Counted from the first letter of the stretch, positions 28,220-37,790 are shown. The stretch is 64,000 bases of DNA from Myxococcota bacterium (GCA_965223705.1 OZ245015.1:3424001-3488000), one strand, 5' to 3'. The notes: generated by a model not told the origin, from the sequence alone. A program made the numbers and translations.

Positions 28220-28789
28220 ATGGGCGACACGGAAGAGAAAATCGTCGAGGCCGCGATCCGCACCTTCGTGCGCTACGGGGCGCGAAAGACCGCGATGGCC
28301 GATATCGCGGAAGCGGCGGGGGTCTCGCGGCAGACGCTCTACGCGACTTTTGGTGGCAAAGACGAGCTGATCGTCGCGTCGATTCGAGCCGTCACCGAGC
28401 GCTCCTTGGCCGACGTGCGCGAGGGCTTGAAAGGCTGCGCCACGCTTTCCGAACGACTCGACGTCTACCTCCTCGGGACCGTCGTGAAATCATTCGAGCT
28501 CCTCCAGAACGCCGCCGACGCGGAGGACTTGATCTCGGGTCACAACGAGGCCGGGCGCACCGAGCTTGCCAGGTCTCACGAACGGCACGAAGCGCTACTG
28601 GCGGAGATCTTGGCGCCCGACACCGAGCGCATCGACGCGTCCGGCCACACCGTGCAAGAGCTCGCGCACTTCATCGCAACGGCCGGCAAAGGGTTCAAAT
28701 ACGGTGCTTCGAACCGCGAAGATCTCGACGGTTTGTGCAGGACGCTGAAGAACGCCGTGCTGGCCATCGCGGACTCGAACGAAAGGTAG
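28220..28789 (+). CDS. TetR/AcrR family regulator
   Basis: N-terminal HTH 'TAMADIAEAAGVSRQTLYATF..KDEL'. Confidence 0.92.
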   Translation: MGDTEEKIVEAAIRTFVRYGARKTAMADIAEAAGVSRQTLYATFGGKDELIVASIRAVTERSLADVREGLKGCATLSERLDVYLLGTVVKSFELLQNAADAEDLISGHNEAGRTELARSHERHEALLAEILAPDTERIDASGHTVQELAHFIATAGKGFKYGASNREDLDGLCRTLKNAVLAIADSNER

Positions 28790-28792
28790 AGG

Positions 28793-29293
28793 ATGACCCT
28801 TGTCGAAGTGGGCGCGATCGGTGAGCTGGTAGGGGGGCTCGGTGTGTTGGCGACCCTGATCTACCTAGCCGCGCAAGTCAATCAGTCGAACCGGCTCGCA
28901 AGCGCACAAGTTCACCAGGAGACGTCGCGCATCTCTTCTGAGTTCGGAATGCAAACGAACCGTGAGGAAGTGGAGCTGGCGGCGCGAATCCCGACGTCGT
29001 GGGATGAGCTGTCGGCGACGGATCGGAGGCTCATCGGCTTTCGCCTCGCGGCTGTCGTCAACTACTACGAGACGCTTTTCTACGCCCATGAGCGAGGAGA
29101 CGTAGAAGAAGATCTGTGGATGAGCCGCGTCGAACGCATGCGGCGCACGTTCGCGATCTTCGCGCCGATGTGGCCTCACTACAAAACGACCTTCGGTGGG
29201 CGCTTCGGCGAGTTCGTCGACGCGGAGGTCCTACCGAGTCTCGACGGGTTTTTCTGGGAAGATTCCGAAGTCGGGCCGTCCGAGCGCCGCTAG
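28793..29293 (+). CDS. Hypothetical membrane-anchored protein
   Basis: N-terminal TM 'IGELVGGLGVLATLIYLAAQV' followed by a helical domain. Starts 3 nt after the TetR stop. Confidence 0.7.
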   Translation: MTLVEVGAIGELVGGLGVLATLIYLAAQVNQSNRLASAQVHQETSRISSEFGMQTNREEVELAARIPTSWDELSATDRRLIGFRLAAVVNYYETLFYAHERGDVEEDLWMSRVERMRRTFAIFAPMWPHYKTTFGGRFGEFVDAEVLPSLDGFFWEDSEVGPSERR

Positions 29294-29940
29294 CCGCCCC
29301 GGGGCTCGCCCGTCGCGATCCGGTGGACCATCTGCGTAACGAGGGTCTCCCAGGAAATCCCTCCGAGATCGCGTCCCAGGGCGACAATCGACGCCACGCC
29401 GTGAAGTGCGCAGCGAAATGCCTGCACCCGCTCCTCCTTACCCGCGCCGTCCGGGGGCGGTCCCGATGCCTGCACCGCAGCGGCGAGCGCGTCGAGCATG
29501 CGTTTCCCCTGAACGTGTTGCTTGGCGGTAGCCGCTTCCCGAGAGAAAGGGTGCGAACGGATCAGGAAGATCGCCTCGTAGGCGTGGGGGCGATCGAGGG
29601 CGAAGCGCACATAGGCCCGGGCCACCGACAGTAGCCCCTCGCGCGGGTCCTCCTCCGACGCGAGCGCCACCTCGAGCCGATCCGCGAGGCGGCCCACTTC
29701 GACTTCGATGAGCTCGGACAGCAGGTCATCTTTGTCCGCGAAGTGCAGATAGATCGTGCGAGGCGAGTAGCCGACTTGCGCCGCCACGCGGCGCATCGAG
29801 ATCGCGGCGAGTCCCCCTTCGGCGAAGAGTTCCCGGGTCGCGTCCAGGATCGCGTCACGGACCTTGGCCCGGGCTTCCTGTCGGAGCTTCGCTTTGACGT
29901 CGCCGCGGCCGGAAGGTCCACCCGTTTGACGAGGGCTCAT
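29290..29940 (-). CDS. TetR family regulator (WHG-type C-terminal domain)
   Basis: HTH 'ISMRRVAAQVGYSPRTIYLHFADKDDL', 'AYVRFALDRPHAY', 'ALHG'. Confidence 0.9.
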   Translation of the reverse strand: MSPRQTGGPSGRGDVKAKLRQEARAKVRDAILDATRELFAEGGLAAISMRRVAAQVGYSPRTIYLHFADKDDLLSELIEVEVGRLADRLEVALASEEDPREGLLSVARAYVRFALDRPHAYEAIFLIRSHPFSREAATAKQHVQGKRMLDALAAAVQASGPPPDGAGKEERVQAFRCALHGVASIVALGRDLGGISWETLVTQMVHRIATGEPRGG

Positions 29941-29981
29941 CTCGCTCCCACCTCACAGCGATTGATTCGTGCGTTGCGCCT

Positions 29982-29998
29982 AGTATACACTGTGTACT
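29982..29998. promoter_or_regulatory. Putative operator of the divergent TetR, upstream of the DUF1329 operon
   Basis: AGTATACA-C-TGTGTACT with 7/8 matching arms, AT-rich, in a 95-bp divergent spacer. Confidence 0.6.
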
Positions 29999-30035
29999 CG
30001 GATCGTATCCCAATCGAAGTACTGAGGAACCCGAG

Positions 30036-31346
30036 ATGCAACACGAGAACTGCGCCTATCGCGCGCTGCGCCGGCTCGCCCAGCCGGTTTGGATCGTCGC
30101 TCTTCTAGGGCTCTCTGCAATGGCGACCGCCGAGACGGATCGCAGCTACCAATCGCTGCGCGACTGGATCGCGAACGAAGGACCGAGCGAACCCATCGCG
30201 CCGGGCACGCGGCTGACGGAGAAGGACCGCGAGCTCCTCGAGCGCTACATCCCGCACTCGGCCTGGGACTACTACATCTTCGACGGCATGGAGATGGAGA
30301 TTGCGGAAACGGGCCACTACCCCGCCCCGCCCGGCTGGGGCGAGGAGGTTCCCTCGGACTACCGCCTCGACGAAGAAGGCGTCCTCTTGAACTTTCGGGG
30401 CGGCGGCTTCCCCTTCCCCGAGATCGACGCAACCGACCCCTTCGCCGGCCAGAAGGTGGTCTGGAACATGCTGTGGCGCCCGGGCAGCGACGACTACGAC
30501 ATGCCCATGGTGACCTGGCTGCGCGGTGAGAACGGGCGCCTCGACCGCGAACTCGAATACACGTCGGTGAACTCCATGTATGCGCGCGGCCGGGAGAGCC
30601 TCGTGCCGGGCTACGAGGAGGTGAAGAGCAAGCGGGTGATGGAGTTCCGCTCGCCGCGAGACATGGCCGGCGCGAAGGACATGGCCATCACGTACGTCGA
30701 CCACTACAAGGAGAACTCCGGCTGGCTCTACATGCCGGCCCAGCGCAAGCCCCGGCGCACCCTCGCCTCCGAGCGCACCAGCGAGCTGATGGGCATGGAC
30801 ATGATTCGCGAAGACCTAAACGGCTTCGGCGGAAAAGTCTTCGAAAACGATTGGGAATATCTCGGTACGCGGAAGGTCTTCGCCACGATCAACGTGCGCG
30901 ACAACCCGGAGATCGGCGGCCCTCACCTCTGGGTGCCGCACAAGGCACGCTGGGAAGTGCGTGATGCGCACGTGGTGCTGGTGACGCCCACGGTGTCGAA
31001 CCATCCCTACAGCCATCGGATCATTTTCATCGATACCGAGACCTACTGGACCCACTGGATGTTCGGCTTCGATCGCGAAGACGACGAGATGCTTCGCATG
31101 AACCAGCACTACCTGAAATACTCGGAGAGCTACGCCCACGAAGAAGTCAGTCAGGCGCCGTACGTCAAGCACGACTACTCGGTGAACGTGGGACACCAGG
31201 TGTTTCTCCACCTCGGCGAGACGGATATCAACGCCAAGAAACCCCACGCGACCATCACACACTGCTTCACGAAGAAGCGCGAGTTCTCGCCGGCCCGCGC
31301 GAGGCAGTTCTACTCATTGCGCAACATGGTGAGCGGCCGGCGTTAG
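30036..31346 (+). CDS. DUF1329-family periplasmic (LolA-like) protein
   Basis: Signal peptide, 'GFPFP.ID..DPFAGQKVVWN', 'WLYMPAQRKPRR', 'GMDMIREDLNGF', 'HPYSHRIIFIDTE'. Confidence 0.8.
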   Translation: MQHENCAYRALRRLAQPVWIVALLGLSAMATAETDRSYQSLRDWIANEGPSEPIAPGTRLTEKDRELLERYIPHSAWDYYIFDGMEMEIAETGHYPAPPGWGEEVPSDYRLDEEGVLLNFRGGGFPFPEIDATDPFAGQKVVWNMLWRPGSDDYDMPMVTWLRGENGRLDRELEYTSVNSMYARGRESLVPGYEEVKSKRVMEFRSPRDMAGAKDMAITYVDHYKENSGWLYMPAQRKPRRTLASERTSELMGMDMIREDLNGFGGKVFENDWEYLGTRKVFATINVRDNPEIGGPHLWVPHKARWEVRDAHVVLVTPTVSNHPYSHRIIFIDTETYWTHWMFGFDREDDEMLRMNQHYLKYSESYAHEEVSQAPYVKHDYSVNVGHQVFLHLGETDINAKKPHATITHCFTKKREFSPARARQFYSLRNMVSGRR

Positions 31347-31356
31347 GCCAGACATC

Positions 31357-32934
31357 ATGAACCGAACGATTCTTCGGCGTTGTACCGTTGTCGCGATCGC
31401 TTTCCTCCTGGTCCAAGCCGGCCGCGCGGACGCGGTCATCAACCTGACGGAAACCATCGAGCTCGAGGGCATCTTCAAGGTTCAGAACATCCTGCGCACG
31501 CCGCGCTTCCGCGACACCGAATTCATCATGCAGCGCAACACGGCGCAGCTCGAAGGGAAGTACTACTTCCTCCGGGACAGCAAGGCTTTCGGCCGCTTTT
31601 CAACGGGACCACTCGAGGAAGCGACCTTCACCTTCATCGGGCGCGCTGTCTACGATTCGGTGTACGACACCCGAGACAGTTTCGATGAACCGAAGAACCC
31701 GGAGTTCACCCTCCGCGAGGCCTTCGTCGACCTGTTGTTGCCGCCTTTCACGCTGCGTCTCGGGCGCCAGCAAGTGGTCTGGGGGGAGACGGACAACTTC
31801 AGGGCACTGGACGTGATCAACCCGCTCGACCTCGGTTGGCACTGGTCCCGGGAGCAGTGGGAGGACATCCGCATCCCGTTGTGGATGGCCCGTGGCATCT
31901 ACGATATCGGCAAGATCGGTCCTTTCGAGGAATCCTTCCTCGAGATGATCTGGATCCCGGCGGACTTCCGCCGCAACAAGACCGAGAGCGATCCGAACCG
32001 CCCCTGGGCCTTCACGGGTGCCGGTCTGAACGAGCTCGCCAACAGCGTCGTCATCGGAAACGATCTGTTCGATCTTCAGGTGAACGTTCGCGATCGCGGC
32101 CCGCGGCGAAAACTGCAGCACGGCCAGGGCGGTGCGCGTTTCAAGGCGATCTGGGGCGATATCGATTTCAGCCTGAACTACTTCTACGGCTATTCCGCCG
32201 ATACCGGTGCCAAGGTGCGCTCGGATCTCGGGACGACCCAGGGCAACACCATCTCCTCGGTGGTGGATCTCGTAAACCCCCGCACCCATGTGTTCGGCGT
32301 GACCGCCAACTACTCCGAGGAGATCTACACCCAATCGGTGATCCGCCTAGAGGCGACGCTCACGACCGGCGTCCCCGTGAGCTACGCGGCGGGCACACCG
32401 GAGACCGTCGACTCGGGCCTCGATCAGTTCGACACGGCCAAGCGCACGGTGGTGATGTTGGGAGTCGACCGTCCGACGTGGATCCGCACACTGAATCGGT
32501 CGCGCACGTTCTTCATCTCGACCCAGATCTTCTGGCGCCGCTACATCGACTACAGCTCGGACTACCGTGGGATTCCCGCGGTAGAGCCGGCTGTCATCAA
32601 TGGCGCCGTAATCGATGACCGGTTCGTGAGCGTGAATACCGACGAGATCGACCGCGACGAATTCGTGATCACGTTCTCGGCCTCGACGAGCTACGGCTCG
32701 GCCGGACTCTTTCAGCCGCTTTTCGTGGTCGCTTACGATCCCATCTCGACAGGCGGCTACACCCAGCTCGCTTTCAACTACCTCTGGTCGAAGCACATCG
32801 TGTTCCGCGCAGAACAGCACTACTACTGGGGCGGAAGCGGCGGCGATCCGGGACCGTGGGCGCTCGGCGATATCTGGGGCTCCACTGAGCAGAGCCGCCA
32901 TGAAACCGTCTTCAGTGTGACCTTCCAGTTTTGA
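31357..32934 (+). CDS. DUF1302-family outer-membrane beta-barrel protein
   Basis: Signal peptide, 'LREAFVD..RLGRQQVVWGETD.F..LDVINPLD', 'IRIPLWM', C-terminal BAM-type 'VFSVTFQF'. Confidence 0.85.
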   Translation: MNRTILRRCTVVAIAFLLVQAGRADAVINLTETIELEGIFKVQNILRTPRFRDTEFIMQRNTAQLEGKYYFLRDSKAFGRFSTGPLEEATFTFIGRAVYDSVYDTRDSFDEPKNPEFTLREAFVDLLLPPFTLRLGRQQVVWGETDNFRALDVINPLDLGWHWSREQWEDIRIPLWMARGIYDIGKIGPFEESFLEMIWIPADFRRNKTESDPNRPWAFTGAGLNELANSVVIGNDLFDLQVNVRDRGPRRKLQHGQGGARFKAIWGDIDFSLNYFYGYSADTGAKVRSDLGTTQGNTISSVVDLVNPRTHVFGVTANYSEEIYTQSVIRLEATLTTGVPVSYAAGTPETVDSGLDQFDTAKRTVVMLGVDRPTWIRTLNRSRTFFISTQIFWRRYIDYSSDYRGIPAVEPAVINGAVIDDRFVSVNTDEIDRDEFVITFSASTSYGSAGLFQPLFVVAYDPISTGGYTQLAFNYLWSKHIVFRAEQHYYWGGSGGDPGPWALGDIWGSTEQSRHETVFSVTFQF

Positions 32935-33593
32935 GCGCACGCGCGCTGCGTTGGGCGGTGGGAATTTCGCTGCTTGCCCTGGCGGCCATCGCGGGCTTCG
33001 GTCTCTACAGCCAGAGCGGCGGAGCGAGCTTCACCCCCATCGCGCCGACGAACCGGATGGAAGGGGCGGCGCTGCTCTCGATCCCCCACTTGCTCGAGGA
33101 TTTCGATCTCGTCGACGACGAGGGCCGAGCCTTTACTCCGGCGCGCCTCACCGGCCGCTGGACTCTGCTGTTCTTCGGTTACACCCACTGCCCCGACATC
33201 TGCCCGGTGACGCTCCAGAGCTTGGGTGACGTGATGCCGCTGCTCTCGACAGGGGAGGACCACGAGGAACCCCAGGTCTTCTTCGTCTCCGTCGACCCGG
33301 AGAACGACAGCGCCGAGCGCCTGCGTGAGTACGTTGACTTTTTCCACCCCGCGTTCGTCGGCGTAACCGGGAGCCCGGACGAGATCTCCGCCTTTGCCCT
33401 CGATGCGGGGGCGTTCTTCGAAGTGCATGAGCGAGCGGAGGGCGAAGATCCCCTGGTGAGCCACGCCTCATCCCTGTTTCTCGTCGATCCCAAGGGCCGT
33501 TTGGCGGCCCTCCTCGACGCTCCCGGTGAGCCTCGACGCTTTGCCGAGCTGTTCGCACGCGTGAAGGTGATGATTGCGGAGGCGTCGGGATGA
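32931..33593 (+). CDS. SCO1/SenC copper chaperone
   Basis: 'FFGYTHCPDICP' (CxxxC), 'SVDPEND', conserved His in 'VSHASSLFLVDP'. TTG overlaps the upstream stop. Confidence 0.93.
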   Translation: MSARALRWAVGISLLALAAIAGFGLYSQSGGASFTPIAPTNRMEGAALLSIPHLLEDFDLVDDEGRAFTPARLTGRWTLLFFGYTHCPDICPVTLQSLGDVMPLLSTGEDHEEPQVFFVSVDPENDSAERLREYVDFFHPAFVGVTGSPDEISAFALDAGAFFEVHERAEGEDPLVSHASSLFLVDPKGRLAALLDAPGEPRRFAELFARVKVMIAEASG

Positions 33594-34024
33594 GCTTCGC
33601 GCGCCGCTCCGTGCTGCCCCTCTTCGGAGCTCTCGTCGCCGCGTGCTCTGCGGGGCAGGAACTCACGGCGCGCGATGCTTGGATCCGCCTCTCACCTCCG
33701 GGCTCCAATGCCGCCGCGTTCCTCACACTCGAAAACCACGGCACGACGCTGCGTCGCGTGACGACCGCCGAAAGTGCGGATGGCTTCGCGGTTGAGTTGC
33801 ACGAGACGGTGGAGCGCGACGGCGTCGCGCGGATGGGGAAGCTCGACGGGCTCGAGATCCCCGGTGGCCAATCCGTCACACTCAAACCTCGCGGCATCCA
33901 CCTGATGCTTCTCCGACCGCCGACCTTCCGCGAGGGTCAGATGGTTCGGCTGTGGCTCACGCTCGATGATGGAACGCGGCTCCCCGTCGAGGCGCAGGTA
34001 CGGCGCAAGGCTCCGGCGCGGTGA
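33590..34024 (+). CDS. PCu(A)C periplasmic copper chaperone (lipoprotein)
   Basis: Lipobox 'VAAC', 'AWIR', H-x10-M...HxM motif ('ELHET..DGVARM...GIHLML'). ATGA overlap. Confidence 0.92.
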   Translation: MSFARRSVLPLFGALVAACSAGQELTARDAWIRLSPPGSNAAAFLTLENHGTTLRRVTTAESADGFAVELHETVERDGVARMGKLDGLEIPGGQSVTLKPRGIHLMLLRPPTFREGQMVRLWLTLDDGTRLPVEAQVRRKAPAR

Positions 34025-34596
34025 ACGCGTTCGGCCGCCCGACCCGGCTCTTGCCCGTTCTCGCGCTCGCTCTCGGATGTGGAAATCCGACCATCGAGGA
34101 GCGCTGGGAACCCGCCGAGGAAGGCGCCCGGGTCTCCCGGGAAATTGCCCAGACACTGTGCGGTCCGCTTCTCGAGCGAGGTCAGGCGGCGCTCCTCGTG
34201 GGAGGCGAGGGAGAAGGAGCGAGCCCGCGCGAGCCCTATGACCTCTGCATGCGGCAACAGGGCTGGGTCCTCCACTCGGAGAACGCCCGGGACGTCGGGG
34301 ACGCGATGCGGGCCGAAGTCGATGAGTTTCTCGATCGCGAAGTCGCGCCGCGACACTCCAAGCGAGAACTCGCCAGCGCCTTCGGTGCACCCGTTTGCTA
34401 CGGAGCCCCGCCCGGCACCGGACTCTGCGGCCCACTGGCTGAGGGTGAGCCCGACCCCGAGGCGGAGACCTGTGTGTGGGAGTTCGCATACCACTCGCGC
34501 GTGGCCCGGCAGCGCTTCACCGTGGTGCTGACCTGCCTGCTCCCCCAAAACGGGGGGCCGCGGGGCGAGGGATCTTGTCAGCTCGACGCCCGCTAG
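34021..34596 (+). CDS. Hypothetical Cys-rich lipoprotein
   Basis: GTGA overlap with the PCuAC stop, lipobox 'LALGC', 7 further Cys. Confidence 0.7.
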   Translation: MNAFGRPTRLLPVLALALGCGNPTIEERWEPAEEGARVSREIAQTLCGPLLERGQAALLVGGEGEGASPREPYDLCMRQQGWVLHSENARDVGDAMRAEVDEFLDREVAPRHSKRELASAFGAPVCYGAPPGTGLCGPLAEGEPDPEAETCVWEFAYHSRVARQRFTVVLTCLLPQNGGPRGEGSCQLDAR

Positions 34597-34612
34597 CGGT
34601 GCAGCGCGGGGA

Positions 34613-35410
34613 TCAGGGCGACTCCTCGCTCTCTTGAATGGAACGGATGTACGCGACGTAGAGCATGATCTCGCCGCGCGCCGCGGCATCGCCCCCCATG
34701 CCCCCGGGGCGGCGGAATCGCTCGCCCCAAATGGGCATGTCGCGACTGCCGTGGGCCAGAACCTTCTCCCGGCCGTCGATCGCCGCAGCCACCCGTCTCG
34801 AGGGGAACTTTCCGCCGTTGCGGCGGCTGAGGGAGCGCAGGTCAGCCGGGGCCTCCTGCAACATCTCTGCGAGGTAGCCGTCTCCGCGTCCGGAGCTGCC
34901 GTGGCACGCCGCGCAGTTTTTCCGGAACTGCTCCTGCCCGACCTGGGCCACGGTTCGGTCCCGCTTCTCGGTCTCTCGCGACGGCGCGGGCTCGACGCCG
35001 ACCTGAATGCTCCGCAGGTACGCGACAAGCAGTGCGATCTCGCCCGCGACTTCCGACTCGTCTTTCTCGCCGCCCGCGCCGAGGCGTTCCCCCCAGATCG
35101 GCATCTCGGCCGAACCGTGGGCCCGAGCCCGGGACCGACCGTCGATGATGCGCGCGATCTCGTCCGCCTCGAATACTCCGCTACGCCGCTTCGCGATCGC
35201 CGTGAGATCGGGCGGCGGCACCCTCAGGAGGCTCGCGAACTCGCCCGCACCCCGGGCATCCGGACCGTGGCACGTCGCGCAGTGCCGCTCATACGAAGCG
35301 CGCCCAACCAGGACCGCCTCTTCGGCTTCCTCTTCGGCGAGCGCGGGCGCGCCACTGCTCGAGAGCAAGAGACAAAGAACCAAGCCCAACCTGCTATACC
35401 GCGATGCCAT
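34613..35410 (-). CDS. Periplasmic di-heme c-type cytochrome (two tandem homologous domains)
   Basis: Signal peptide, CATCH and CAACH, each followed by 'P.DL..','IDGR','HGS..MPIWGER'. ATG 35410 follows AGGAG. Confidence 0.9.
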   Translation of the reverse strand: MASRYSRLGLVLCLLLSSSGAPALAEEEAEEAVLVGRASYERHCATCHGPDARGAGEFASLLRVPPPDLTAIAKRRSGVFEADEIARIIDGRSRARAHGSAEMPIWGERLGAGGEKDESEVAGEIALLVAYLRSIQVGVEPAPSRETEKRDRTVAQVGQEQFRKNCAACHGSSGRGDGYLAEMLQEAPADLRSLSRRNGGKFPSRRVAAAIDGREKVLAHGSRDMPIWGERFRRPGGMGGDAAARGEIMLYVAYIRSIQESEESP

Positions 35411-35506
35411 CCAGTCTCCTTCTTCCACTAGCTAAATTATAGATCCTCGAATGACGCTGCCGCACAATGCGGAGTGAATTTGGCTGCACACCTGCGAGGA
35501 AACGAC

Positions 35507-36622
35507 ATGAAAAAGCGAACGGCCTTCTTTCACGACGAGCGATGTCTGTGGCACAGCACGCAGGGGCTATTCGCGTTGGTCCTACCCGTAGGTGGCTGGG
35601 TTCAGCCGCCGGCTGGCGCCGGTCTCGCTGAGTCCCCTGAATCGAAACGCCGCGCCATTTCGCTGCTGCAGGTATCGGGTCTCGCGGACGCGGTAGCGCT
35701 GCAGAGCGCACCGACCGCTACCGAGGAGACACTCTTGCGCGTGCACCCCCGTTCCTATCTAGATCGTTTTCGCGAGCTGTCCGACGCGCAGGGCGGCGAG
35801 CTCGGGCCCTTCGCGCCTTTCGGCCCGGGGAGCTACGACATCGCCAAGGTTTCCGCCGGGCTCGCGGTGGCCGCGGTGGACGCCGTTCTGAGCGGCGACT
35901 ATCAGAATGCCTACTCCATGTCGCGGCCGCCGGGACACCACTGTCTTCCGGATCAACCGATGGGCTTCTGCTTGTTGGCGAACATCGCGATCGCCATCGA
36001 AGCGGCGCGAGAAAAACACGGTGTGGAACGCGTGGTGGTACTCGACTGGGACGTGCACCACGGCAACGGCACGCAGACGGTGTTCTACGAGCGCGACGAC
36101 GTGCTGACGATTTCTCTACATCAAGAAGGCTGTTTCCCGCCGGCCTACAGCGGCGCCGACGATCGCGGCGACGGCAAGGGGCTCGGCTTCAACATGAATG
36201 TGCCGCTTCTGCCCGGCGGAGGACATGCGGCCTATATGTACGCCATGGAACGCATGGTCGTTCCCGCAATCGAACGCCATCGCCCCGACCTCATCGTCAT
36301 CGCATCGGGTTACGACGCGGGTAGCGTGGATCCCCTCGCACGGATGCTCCTCCACAGCGAGTCCTATCGAGAGCTGACACGGCAGGTGATGGCGCTCGCG
36401 GACAGCCACTGCAATGGGCGGTTGGTGATGGTGCACGAAGGGGGATACGCCGAATCCTACGTGCCGTTTTGCGTGCACGCCGTGACGGAAGCACTCGCCG
36501 GCGAACGCACGGAGGTCATCGACCCCATGCTCGAGATGTTCGAAGCCTGGCAACCGAACGTTCGGGCGGAAGCCTTGCAGCGGGAATTGATCGACGAGAT
36601 GGCGAAGCTCCACAACTTGTAG
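35507..36622 (+). CDS. Class II histone-deacetylase-like amidohydrolase (HDAH-type)
   Basis: 'RPPGHH', 'GFC', 'DWDVHHGNGT', 'SGYDA', 'HEGGY'. Confidence 0.93.
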   Translation: MKKRTAFFHDERCLWHSTQGLFALVLPVGGWVQPPAGAGLAESPESKRRAISLLQVSGLADAVALQSAPTATEETLLRVHPRSYLDRFRELSDAQGGELGPFAPFGPGSYDIAKVSAGLAVAAVDAVLSGDYQNAYSMSRPPGHHCLPDQPMGFCLLANIAIAIEAAREKHGVERVVVLDWDVHHGNGTQTVFYERDDVLTISLHQEGCFPPAYSGADDRGDGKGLGFNMNVPLLPGGGHAAYMYAMERMVVPAIERHRPDLIVIASGYDAGSVDPLARMLLHSESYRELTRQVMALADSHCNGRLVMVHEGGYAESYVPFCVHAVTEALAGERTEVIDPMLEMFEAWQPNVRAEALQRELIDEMAKLHNL

Positions 36623-36623
36623 G

Positions 36624-37742
36624 TTAGAAGCGGAAAAAATCCTGCGCGTTCTCCTCAACGATCCGGTTCACCGACTTCACGGGGAGATCCTTGAGCGTTT
36701 CGCGAAGCGTCGCGATGGGACGAACGAACCCCTCGGCGTGGGGATAGTCCGAGCCGAAGAAGAACTTTTCGTCGCCCGCGAACTGAACGATCAGCGGGAA
36801 CATCTTCTCCTCTGGATCTCCGCAGATCCAGATGTTGTTCGCGAAATACTCCTGCGGTGTGCGCTTCATCTGCGAGGTGTCCTTCATGTAGCCGAAGCGG
36901 TAGGAGAGACGCTCGAGCCACTCACCGACCCAACCGGCCATCGCTTCGATGGTGGCGACACGCAGCTTCGGAAAGCGCTCAAAGACCCCGTCGTAGACCA
37001 TCGTGGTGAGGGCCATCCGCGGGTCTTGAATCACGTTCATCGTCACGAACATGAAGCCGGGATACCGATGTTCGTAGTATTGATGACCCGTGTAGCGCGG
37101 GTGCCCGACGAGATGCAGCGAGATACTCAAGTCCGCGGCCTGGGCCGCCGCCCAAACCGGGTCGAGTTCTTCGTGACCCAAACTCTTGCCGGCGACGGGC
37201 ATCGCCGGGACGAAGAGGGTTCGTGCGCCCATTCTTGCGACGCGCTCGATCTCCTTCACGGCGAGCGCCGGATCGCGCAACGAAAGATGGGCCGCCGGGA
37301 ACAGGCGATCCTTGTGATCGGCCGTCAAACTGAAGGCCCAATCGTTGTAGGCGCGGCAGAGCGCATCGGCGAGGAGGGGGTCACCGACGGAGCCCTCCCA
37401 GACGAGACCGAGGCTCGGATACAGGACCTGCTTGTCAAAGCCTTCGTCGTCGAGAAAACGAACGCGGGCGTCCATATCCTGCCACTGGCTGTTTTCGATG
37501 AGGTAGCGGTCGAAGGAGTTGAGGTCTTTTCCCTCTTCCTTCTGGCTATAGGCGACGAGTGCGCCGAGAAGTTCTTCGACGTCAATCAACAGCATGGGCT
37601 TGTTGTCGACGACGAGCCCCCGTTCCCCGGTCCCTTCGTCGCGTGAGAGCTTTACGCAGCGATCCTTGAACTTCGGATCGATGTGAAGCTCGAACAAATC
37701 GAAGGGTTCCATGAAATGGCTGTCACCGTCGATAATGGGCAT
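36624..37742 (-). CDS. Amidohydrolase_2 family metal-dependent hydrolase/decarboxylase
   Basis: 'IIDGDSHFMEP', 'QVLYPS', 'RAYNDW', 'GVFERFPKLR', 'FGSDYPH'. Confidence 0.9.
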   Translation of the reverse strand: MPIIDGDSHFMEPFDLFELHIDPKFKDRCVKLSRDEGTGERGLVVDNKPMLLIDVEELLGALVAYSQKEEGKDLNSFDRYLIENSQWQDMDARVRFLDDEGFDKQVLYPSLGLVWEGSVGDPLLADALCRAYNDWAFSLTADHKDRLFPAAHLSLRDPALAVKEIERVARMGARTLFVPAMPVAGKSLGHEELDPVWAAAQAADLSISLHLVGHPRYTGHQYYEHRYPGFMFVTMNVIQDPRMALTTMVYDGVFERFPKLRVATIEAMAGWVGEWLERLSYRFGYMKDTSQMKRTPQEYFANNIWICGDPEEKMFPLIVQFAGDEKFFFGSDYPHAEGFVRPIATLRETLKDLPVKSVNRIVEENAQDFFRF

Positions 37743-37790
37743 ATCGTCTCCTCCGGAGGATTCCGTGATTCTGAGCCAGTCGAGCGCCTC

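Noticed and set aside
35430..35485. Imperfect inverted repeat between the cytochrome c and HDAC genes
   Set aside because: Short, widely spaced arms, no adjacent regulator and no recognisable RNA family.
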